In this document: positions 9,564 to 16,581 of the stretch, in pieces | Layout: the number at the start of each line of letters is the position of its first letter | How positions within the stretch are numbered: position 1 is the first letter of the stretch | Origin: a virus | IMG/VR virus record: IMGVR_UViG_3300036790_000219 | Coordinates: 56,058-120,057 of that record | Reading direction: 5' to 3' (one strand) | DNA length: 64,000 nucleotides | Translations under genes and position numbers: made by a program | The notes under the pieces: model-generated | Told to the model about the DNA's origin: nothing | Databases searched by the model: none | The model's input: only the letters and a program-made list of their open reading frames with translations

Positions 9564-9628
9564 ACCATACCGAACCGAACCGGACGCTACCCCAACAAAC
9601 CACAACGTACCAAACCCCAACTTACCGC
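9564..9628 (-). ncRNA. Guide-like pentamer tract B (13 x NN-GGT/GTT)
   Basis: Plus strand ACCAT ACCGA ACCGA ACCGG ACGCT ACCCC AACAA ACCAC AACGT ACCAA ACCCC AACTT ACCGC; strict 5-nt period, constant 3 nt plus variable 2 nt. Confidence 0.85.
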
Positions 9629-9657
9629 ACAAAAAGTAGGAAATTTTCAAAACTAAA

Positions 9658-9727
9658 GCCACACCTCACCGCACCGCAACTAAACATTCCTGACCGTACC
9701 CGATCCGACCAGAACCCACCACACCTA
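9658..9727 (-). ncRNA. Guide-like pentamer tract A (14 x NN-GGY)
   Basis: Plus strand GCCAC ACCTC ACCGC ACCGC AACTA AACAT TCCTG ACCGT ACCCG ATCCG ACCAG AACCC ACCAC ACCTA; begins at the RAMP stop codon; 29-nt AT-rich linker to tract B. Confidence 0.85.
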
Positions 9728-10357
9728 AGTTTTGAATTTAGTTGTCTGAAATCGTCCATATGTAGGGCGGAAGTCTCCTAGAGCACAGAAACGTCCAGCA
9801 TTGGTTAGAGCGGAATTCAGGATATCCGGTGAGATATACTCGGGAAGAAGTACTTGGATATCAAAATCCAATTCCCAGCCAGTTTTGAGCGCTGGGCGGA
9901 CGCGAGTAATAGCGTTTCGCTGAATGACAGCACGACAGCGGTGTTCGTAGTGCCAATTTTTGGTTCCAACACTTGCGAGATCAGTTAATACCACAATGCC
10001 AGCTTTGAAAAGATCCATGGCTGATTTACGGGGTGATCGTGGATCTTGTAGGAACTTTGCTGCGTAGACGAGTGCCATACGTAGCTGCGTTCCTGGTACA
10101 CAAAGAAAACCTGCGTCGTTTCGATAGACGTAGGACTCAAGGTCATCGGTCTTTTTTTTTTTTTTTTTTGCTTTCGAGCCTTTTGCGGCATTCGCACTTT
10201 CAGCGACCGATTCACAGTTATATCGATGATATAGGTAATCGGCAACGCCACTGATAGTAACAGAAGCGACGTAAGGTTCAATAAGTTTGTTGGCCGCACC
10301 GTTGGTAGGAACTCCCCCACCAATAGATATGACTTCTGCAGTTACTCTTTTAGCCAT
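9725..10357 (-). CDS. Solo RAMP/Cas7-like RNA-binding protein (Vipr-like)
   Basis: N-terminal beta strand VTISGVADYLYH, VPGTQLRMAL helix, ITRVRP..GWELDFDI, C-terminal glycine loop AGRFCALGDFRPTYGRF; AAGGAG RBS. Confidence 0.8.
   Translation of the reverse strand: MAKRVTAEVISIGGGVPTNGAANKLIEPYVASVTISGVADYLYHRYNCESVAESANAAKGSKAKKKKKKTDDLESYVYRNDAGFLCVPGTQLRMALVYAAKFLQDPRSPRKSAMDLFKAGIVVLTDLASVGTKNWHYEHRCRAVIQRNAITRVRPALKTGWELDFDIQVLLPEYISPDILNSALTNAGRFCALGDFRPTYGRFQTTKFKT
10152..10169 (-). repeat. In-frame A18 homopolymer in the RAMP gene (Lys6)
   Basis: 18 consecutive T on the plus strand; no comparable run seen elsewhere in the window. Confidence 0.9.
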
Positions 10358-10503
10358 AGTAAGGTCTCCTTCGCGCCCAGCCAGTAAAGCCCGGAACGCG
10401 GTTCAGGGGTCACATTTCTGCGACACCAGACGCGAAGGAGGTTCGTGTAGGGTGCCGCGTTCTAAAGCCGGTTTACTGCCCAGCTACTAAGAACATACTG
10501 GGC
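10358..10503 (-). promoter_or_regulatory. Structured 5' leader of the RAMP gene with anti-Shine-Dalgarno
   Basis: CTCCTTCGCG (10366-75) / CGCGAAGGAG (10431-40); CAGTAAA/TTTACTG; GAACGCGG/CCGCGTTC; GCCCAG/CTGGGC. Confidence 0.6.
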
Positions 10504-10508
10504 ATTGA

Positions 10509-10517
10509 ATTTTATCA
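10509..10517 (-). promoter_or_regulatory. Possible extended -10 promoter for the RAMP cassette
   Basis: Minus strand TGA-TAAAAT; predicted start near 10503 matches the first leader stem. Confidence 0.45.
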
Positions 10518-10535
10518 AAATGGAGAAAGATCAAC

Positions 10536-10802
10536 ATGGTCGAAAAACCCAACTCCCAACCAGGTATCCCGCCGACGTCTGAACCGTCCAGCATGCGGCT
10601 ACAACAGCCAGGTGAGCCAGCGACGGTCGTGTCGGGAATGCCAGGTATTGGACAGCCCATCAAGCAGGGACCGTTGTATCGTGATGGCGCTCCGCCTAGC
10701 AAGTTCAAGTTGCCGGAATCGGTTACTCCGGCTGAGATCAAGGATCAGAGCTACCGTTATGGGGGTGGTAGATCAGCAGGGCGAAAGAGCACCGAACCAT
10801 GA
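10536..10802 (+). CDS. Hypothetical Pro-rich protein
   Basis: GGAG RBS; resumes the plus-strand operon. Confidence 0.55.
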   Translation: MVEKPNSQPGIPPTSEPSSMRLQQPGEPATVVSGMPGIGQPIKQGPLYRDGAPPSKFKLPESVTPAEIKDQSYRYGGGRSAGRKSTEP

Positions 10803-11008
10803 AACCTCGTGTCAAGATTATCAATCACGTTGGCCGTAGACGAACTGGCGACGCAGAAAATGAACAAGAAGCAGTTATTCTTATGGGGCGCGCAGCGTTT
10901 TGCGTGCGTGAAATTACGAGTCGAGCAAAAGCTAACGCTCAAATAACTGGAAGGGAGCTTGCACAACTTAAGCAAGCTGTAAAACTGTTGGAGAGCGTTG
11001 CTTACTAA
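10799..11008 (+). CDS. Small head-module protein
   Basis: ATGA overlap with upstream ORF; KIINH..RRTGD motif. Confidence 0.55.
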   Translation: MKPRVKIINHVGRRRTGDAENEQEAVILMGRAAFCVREITSRAKANAQITGRELAQLKQAVKLLESVAY

Positions 11009-11535
11009 TGATCACTCCTGGTACTTTTCGAGCGGATTGGCCTGAGTTTGGGAGCCTTTCGGTTTACCCAAACAACGTCGTTGCGTATTGGATCGCGATA
11101 GCTGGGATGCTTCTGAATACTGTGTATTGGGGCATTGGCTCAACGGTGGCTGTTGCTCCCCCCACAACGAAGTTGGATTTTGCCACTGAACTCTTCGTTG
11201 CCCACAATTTGGTCCTTGAGCAACAAGCCTTTGCTGCGGCGCAGAGTGGTGGTACGCCTGGTACACAACAAGGTGTTGTCACTAGCAAGTCCGTGGGTTC
11301 TGTCAGTCTCGGCTATTCGGTAGCAGAAGTTCTAAATCTTGACGGGAGTTTCTGGAACGCTACGAATTATGGCGTTCGGTTTCTCTGGTTAGCACGTTTG
11401 GTGGGTTCTGGCCCAATCCAAATTGGGATCGGCAAAGTACCACTGCCGTTTCTGACATTTGTGGGTTGGGGTGAGAGCGCGTGGGCCGGACCTTATCCAT
11501 ATCCTCAACAAGGTGATTCTGGTTTCTCAAGCTAA
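11008..11535 (+). CDS. Head-tail adaptor (DUF4054)
   Basis: FRADWPEF..YP, SKSVGSVSLGY, WNATNYGVRFLWLARLVGSGP. Confidence 0.85.
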   Translation: MITPGTFRADWPEFGSLSVYPNNVVAYWIAIAGMLLNTVYWGIGSTVAVAPPTTKLDFATELFVAHNLVLEQQAFAAAQSGGTPGTQQGVVTSKSVGSVSLGYSVAEVLNLDGSFWNATNYGVRFLWLARLVGSGPIQIGIGKVPLPFLTFVGWGESAWAGPYPYPQQGDSGFSS

Positions 11536-11975
11536 TGCACCGCAAATACGTCGTTCATAATACCCGTGATATCAGCTGGGTTGAGGAAGCTCGCGGGCGG
11601 GGCTTTACTGCTGGCTGGCGGAACGACCGTTGGCAGGACAATCCGTTTGATGATCCTAAGATGAACTTGGCTTGGCAGGCAGGATACAGACAGGGGCGCA
11701 ACAAGGCGCAGATGCGGTCAAATTATCATAAGGGTGAGCTCCGCAACAAGAAGTTCGAAGCTCCTAGTCGAGATTTCAAAAGTGAGAGAGGATTTCAGGC
11801 AAAAGTATTCTCAAGCACTGGCGGTGTGGTAGCAACGTCTCCACCATTCTTGAAAGAGCTCCCGGCCCAGCAGTGGGCTAGCAAGAAGATTGAAGAAGCC
11901 TTGAAGAAAGGCTTTCGTGTTTCTAGCAAGGTGTTTGCCGGTTTCTTTGATCCTTTCCAACTCAAGGAAGCTTAG
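11535..11975 (+). CDS. Hypothetical basic protein with Rmf-like motif
   Basis: GFTAG...NPF...AWQAGY; N-terminal VVHNTRD. Confidence 0.55.
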   Translation: MHRKYVVHNTRDISWVEEARGRGFTAGWRNDRWQDNPFDDPKMNLAWQAGYRQGRNKAQMRSNYHKGELRNKKFEAPSRDFKSERGFQAKVFSSTGGVVATSPPFLKELPAQQWASKKIEEALKKGFRVSSKVFAGFFDPFQLKEA

Positions 11976-11979
11976 TCCT

Positions 11980-12552
11980 GTGGCTGCTAAATCTGGCGTG
12001 GTTAAGACTGTAAGCAACCTTGCCAAAGTTATGGCTGGCATAAACTTGTTAGCCGGGACCGATGTAATGGTTGGTGTACCGAGCACTAAGGCCGGACGTA
12101 GAGAAGGACCCATCAACAACGCGGCACTTGCTTACATCCACGATAAAGGCGCACCGGCTGCTCACATTCCCGCCCGTCCGTTTATGGAGCCTGGTATCAA
12201 ATCCGTTCAGGCTAAGATTGCTGCTGAGCTTGAGAAAGCTGGACCGCTCGCTCTCCAAGGCAAGGTCTCCGGGGTCCAGACTACCCTCAACCGGGTAGGG
12301 ATCATCGCGAGTCAGGCGATAAAGGCCAAGATCTCAGAGGGTATCCCGCCGCCGCTGGCTCCTTCTACCATAAAGGGTAGAATTAGAAGAATCAAAGGCA
12401 AGAAACGGCGACAAAAAATTGCTGTTGCTTTAGCTTCGGGAGTAGCACCAAGTGTTCAGGGTGGCCAACCTGGGCTATTTGTGCCGTTAATTGTTACGGG
12501 AGCCCTTAGAAATTCAATAACGTATGTGCTTAGGAAGGCGCAGGGGAAGTAG
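11980..12552 (+). CDS. Neck/virion morphogenesis protein
   Basis: VMVGVP, NAALAYIHDKG, IPARPFM, PPLAPSTI, LIVTGALRNSITY; AAGGAAG precedes GTG 11980. Confidence 0.85.
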   Translation: MAAKSGVVKTVSNLAKVMAGINLLAGTDVMVGVPSTKAGRREGPINNAALAYIHDKGAPAAHIPARPFMEPGIKSVQAKIAAELEKAGPLALQGKVSGVQTTLNRVGIIASQAIKAKISEGIPPPLAPSTIKGRIRRIKGKKRRQKIAVALASGVAPSVQGGQPGLFVPLIVTGALRNSITYVLRKAQGK

Positions 12553-12561
12553 GATAAACTT

Positions 12562-13314
12562 TTGAGACATTATTTATACGTATTTACTTTTCCGAATGAA
12601 AAGCAATACTTTGGACACGCACGTGATGTGAAACGGCGATGGGTAGAGCATAAGAAAGCTGCCAAGCGCAATCGACAAACACCAATTTACCGTGCAATTC
12701 GTAAATACGGTTGGGGCGCCATTAAAAAGCAAGTCGTGGTTGTTGGCCCAGAAGACTATATTGTTGGAATGGAGGCTACCGCAATAGAAAAATTTAATAC
12801 CCTAGTTCCTCAGGGGTACAATCTCTCACCTGGGGGGTTTTCTGCACCAACTTCAAACCCCGAAGTAGCTGCCAAACTTAGCCGTTATATGATTGAGCGC
12901 TGGAAAGACCCCAAATACCGAGCGTATATTGAGGAGTGCTCTAGAAATCGAGAACCCACCAACGAAAGCCGTGACAAAATTTCTGTGGCTGCGCGTTTAA
13001 GATGGCAGAATCCAAATTACCGAGACAACTTTATCAAAAACCGAACTGGTAAGGGGCGTGGGCGAGTTTGGATAACTAATGGCAAGGCACGACGGTTAGT
13101 TCTTCCGGATGCGGAGCTACCTTTTGGTTGGGTTGTTGGAATGGGCCGAATTTATACGGCCCAGGAACTAAGAGCACGAAGTAACTCTATGCTTGGGCAC
13201 TTACGGATTACTAATGGGGCAGAAGAGCGGTGTATATCCCCAGAGACGCCTCTTCCTATAGGTTGGCATTACGGTCGTAAGTTGGGTATAGATTATAGTG
13301 GGAAATTCAAATGA
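12562..13314 (+). mobile_element. Free-standing GIY-YIG homing endonuclease
   Basis: YLYVFTFPNEKQYFG, RRWVEH, AIRKYG, GYNLSPGG; WKDPKYR/WQNPNYR repeats and two ITNG..LPxGW repeats. Confidence 0.85.
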
Positions 13315-13973
13315 GTGCTCTTATTATCAAGACGGGTATGTCGGTCGAAAACTCGATTGCCGAGGCCTACGCCGCCAAAGATATCTTAAAGTTGACCGGG
13401 GCATTCACCGTTGATACGCTCGACGCTGCGGTACCGGTAGATGCTAAAGCAATCATTAGCTTCGGTGTTTGTGGTGGGTTATCACCTGATGCTCAGATTG
13501 GCCAGGCTTTTATCTACAGTGCATGTGTCACCCCGAACGGAACCTTCTACGTAGATACAGCTTGGCGCATGCGGCTATTTGCCGCTACGAAGTACTACGA
13601 GCGCAAGTGCTGGTCATCGGGGGAGTTCAACACCGCCAACACCGTTGAAGAACGCGCCAAGCTTTTTGCTCAGACCGAATGCTCGGTTATTGACGATGAG
13701 ACCTTCGCGGTGGCTGAGTTGGCTCACAAGCGAGGAATTGCCTGGATTGGGTTGCGCACAGTGAGTGACGGTGCCGAGGACAACTTACCTCCGGCCGTAG
13801 TCAATGCCCTCAATCCAGATGGGGATGTCGATATTGAAGCCGTTCTAGCTTCTGTAGTTGAGGACCCGCTTCAGATTCCGGCTCTGCTAGAGACCGCTGA
13901 GGAAGCGCAGACATCCTTCGACGAGTTGCGCACTGCTGCGATAGCAATCGGCCCTAACTTCCAGTGGTTGTAG
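13311..13973 (+). CDS. hpnG: Nucleoside phosphorylase-fold protein, HpnG (hopanoid-associated phosphorylase)-like
   Basis: IISFGVCGGLSP, VIDDETFAVAELAHKRGIAWIGLRTVSD, LPPAVVNALNPDGDVDIEAVLASVVEDPLQIPALLETA. Confidence 0.72.
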   Translation: MSALIIKTGMSVENSIAEAYAAKDILKLTGAFTVDTLDAAVPVDAKAIISFGVCGGLSPDAQIGQAFIYSACVTPNGTFYVDTAWRMRLFAATKYYERKCWSSGEFNTANTVEERAKLFAQTECSVIDDETFAVAELAHKRGIAWIGLRTVSDGAEDNLPPAVVNALNPDGDVDIEAVLASVVEDPLQIPALLETAEEAQTSFDELRTAAIAIGPNFQWL

Positions 13974-14450
13974 ATGCCTTCTATTGATGTCACTGAGGCT
14001 CTGGTTAGTCCTGATATTGCTGCAGAGCAATTTACGGTCATTCGCAGACAAGAGGTCGTTAATGACTTTGGCGAATCAACTGTCCTAGTAGAGACTTCTA
14101 TTCAAATAGGAGCCGTTCAACCGGGGGGTGAGCAAAGTCTGTTGCGGGAAGAAGGCCAGGATGCCCAGACTAAAACCCTAAACATAGTGACCAAATTTCG
14201 GTTGCGTGGTGTTAGTAAAAGCACTAGCGGAAGCCGCTATAAGCCCGATCAAATAAATTGGAATGGTAATATTTACGAGGTCAAGGACGTTACTTCGTAT
14301 AGCCGCTTCGGCGCGGGTTTTGTTGAAGCCACCGCCGCATCTATTGACTACGTCGATTACCCACCTGCTGAATTGCCTGGTTACATCGGTCGGTTGGACT
14401 TTAGTCGGATCCAAAATACTGTCCTGGCTCGTGGAGGCAGACCGTGCTGA
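13974..14450 (+). CDS. Head closure / head-tail joining protein
   Basis: FTVIRRQEVVNDFG, GAVQP, PDQINWNGNIYEV; syntenic position. Confidence 0.75.
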   Translation: MPSIDVTEALVSPDIAAEQFTVIRRQEVVNDFGESTVLVETSIQIGAVQPGGEQSLLREEGQDAQTKTLNIVTKFRLRGVSKSTSGSRYKPDQINWNGNIYEVKDVTSYSRFGAGFVEATAASIDYVDYPPAELPGYIGRLDFSRIQNTVLARGGRPC

Positions 14451-14818
14451 TTCAAGTTCTAGATGCTGGCGGTACGCCACACTGGGTTGTGTTTCAAGGC
14501 CAGGACCAGATCAATGATGCTTCTGGAATACTGGGGGCTGGGGCGGTTGGAGAAAATCCGGAACCACAACAAATTCTAGCAGCTAACGACGAGCGTGCCG
14601 GGTGGTTGTTCCAGAACACATCACCGAACCCCATGTTCTTACTAGAAATAGTTGCGGAAGAGCCTGCGATCTCTTCATGGCTTGTTAACCCCGGCGAGTG
14701 CTTTCCGCCTTGCGGCTATCCTATTCCTGTAGGCGCTATTTCGGTGTTTGGATCAGGCACGTCAGTAGAGAACGACCCATTTACGGCGCGCGAGTGGGTT
14801 AACGCGGCGGGCGAGTGA
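14444..14818 (+). CDS. Hypothetical virion protein
   Basis: QQILAANDERAGWLFQN motif; in neck module. Confidence 0.55.
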   Translation: MLIQVLDAGGTPHWVVFQGQDQINDASGILGAGAVGENPEPQQILAANDERAGWLFQNTSPNPMFLLEIVAEEPAISSWLVNPGECFPPCGYPIPVGAISVFGSGTSVENDPFTAREWVNAAGE

Positions 14819-14819
14819 T

Positions 14820-15590
14820 TTGTTGGGGCTAGCATTGCAAAACAACAAGTACCGTCGTTGGTATAATGAGCTCATAGCGAGAGCAAAGAACCGCCACTTA
14901 AGTTGTTATTTTGAAAGACACCATATAAAGCCTAAAGCTCTCGGCGGTGGAAATGAGAAGTCCAATATTGTAAAGTTGACTTACAGAGAGCACTTTCTAG
15001 CACATTGGCTGTTGACTAAGTGTACGCTTGGGGTGGCCCAACAAAAGATGTTCGCTGCATTAGCATATATGACTAGGGCAACGAGTGGCCGCACAGTTTC
15101 GAGTTGGCAGTTTTCTTTGGCACGCACTGCACGAGTGTTAGTAATAGAGGCAATTTTAAAGGAGTGTTGGAAGAACCCTTCCTACCGTGAACTTCAGTTT
15201 ACACAGCAAAGTTTGTCAATGAAGAATCGATGGAAGGACGATGATTGGCGTGTGTATATGGAGAGACTTATTTCAGCGAAAAACCGGGCGTTATGGCAGG
15301 ATCCTAGTTACCGGGAGAAGCAAACTAAAACTCGGCGTAGTACTGCCTTTCGGGAAGGTCAACGTAAAAAGGCAAAAGCAGCGTGGGCTAAAGCTGAATG
15401 TCGCAAGAAGTATTTAGCTACGAATAGTTTACGTACTCTATTGAAGGACCCTATGTTTGTCAGAAAAAGGATAAGAAAGTTTAGAGCAGCGATAAAAGTT
15501 TTGTGGCAGGATCCTATTTGGCGGGCTAACACTTTGGCGGCGCAGGCTGCTGGGCGACTAAAGAAAAAAGCTCTCCAAAATGGTCAATAA
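14820..15590 (+). mobile_element. Free-standing HNH homing endonuclease
   Basis: ERHHIKPKALGGGNEKSNIVKLTYREHFLAHWLL; repeated WxDPxYR units. Confidence 0.85.
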
Positions 15591-16215
15591 TTCAGCAACT
15601 GGTGGTTACTTACTGCCGGCTTCTTCTCCTGCTCCGTTGGAAGATCAAGCACTACTTCGATTCTTTCAAACCCTCATAGTTGGAATTACAGGGTTGCCTG
15701 GCTCTTTGGTGAGACCCTACTGGCAGGAACGCCCACCGGACGTTCCTGATGCAGGGGTGGCTTGGGCTGCGTTCAAGATAACAAAGCGCCCCTCGGATGA
15801 GTATCCTTATGTGGGCCGCAACCCTTACGGCGCGGAGGACGGTGCTGATCACCTGCAACGTCACGAGTTGCTGGAGATTCTAACCAGCTTCTACGACACA
15901 GGCGTCACTGGATTAGCCAATACTGGGGGAAGTGCTGATGCGAACGCAGCACTCTTACGAGACGGCTTAATGATCGGGCAGAACCGTGAGCCGTTGTTCA
16001 AAATTGGCTACGGTTTGGTTCGAATTGGAGAAGTTGTAACGCTTCCCAACCTCTTCAAGCAGCGTTGGCAGAACCGCGTTGACTTTGAATGGGCGGTCCG
16101 CCGTCAGATTGACCGCTCCTACCCTGTGGAAACTTTGGTTGCCGCCACAGGCGATTTGTATACGGACACCGGGCTTCCGCCTGAGCCGTTTAACGTTCCT
16201 AGTCCCTCAGAATAA
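15580..16215 (+). CDS. Tail terminator / neck protein
   Basis: ITGLPGSLVRPYWQ..PP, LRDGLMIGQNRE, WQNRVDF; upstream of sheath. Confidence 0.8.
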   Translation: MVNNSATGGYLLPASSPAPLEDQALLRFFQTLIVGITGLPGSLVRPYWQERPPDVPDAGVAWAAFKITKRPSDEYPYVGRNPYGAEDGADHLQRHELLEILTSFYDTGVTGLANTGGSADANAALLRDGLMIGQNREPLFKIGYGLVRIGEVVTLPNLFKQRWQNRVDFEWAVRRQIDRSYPVETLVAATGDLYTDTGLPPEPFNVPSPSE

Positions 16216-16227
16216 TTGGAGGCCCTT

Positions 16228-16581
16228 ATGGCCGATAAATACGATACGGAACCTCAGGCGGTTCCGGTGATGGAGGCTGCGCCTCCGGCCAAGCTGGAAG
16301 GCGACGCAGAAAGAAGTGTTCGGCGGAAGGTGGATCTCGATGCTCTCTTCGCTGCGCATATGAACGCGGTAAGGCTTGCCCACAAGCTTTTCCCTACCCC
16401 TGCGATACCTTTTGCGCGGATGAAGAAGTCTGACAAGATCAAGGCACGGGAAAAGCAGAAACTTATCATCGTGGCCAACAAGAAGTATCACGTAGCGGTG
16501 CGTGAGACTTGTCGTCGGCACAGAGACGAAGAGAGCGTACGGCTTCGCAAGATAGCCCAAGCCAAGAAGGAGGCTGCGTAA
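16228..16581 (+). CDS. Hypothetical basic protein
   Basis: GGAGG RBS; fills the gap before the sheath gene. Confidence 0.55.
   Translation: MADKYDTEPQAVPVMEAAPPAKLEGDAERSVRRKVDLDALFAAHMNAVRLAHKLFPTPAIPFARMKKSDKIKAREKQKLIIVANKKYHVAVRETCRRHRDEESVRLRKIAQAKKEAA

Noticed and set aside
9564-9727. CRISPR array or simple microsatellite
   Set aside because: There are no 25-40 bp repeats with spacers and no cas1/cas2. The units are not identical as in a microsatellite: 3 nt are fixed and 2 vary.
10826-10920. Tract A match to ORF 10799..11008 (VGRRRT versus VGLRRT, or AAFCVRE versus AAY(I/M)CVRR)
   Set aside because: Only about 13/26 nt in the opposite orientation to tract B, or it needs a unit deletion; not above chance.
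7479-15590. Group I introns around the homing endonucleases
   Set aside because: Flanking genes have normal complete termini and no intron core was seen, so they are treated as free-standing.
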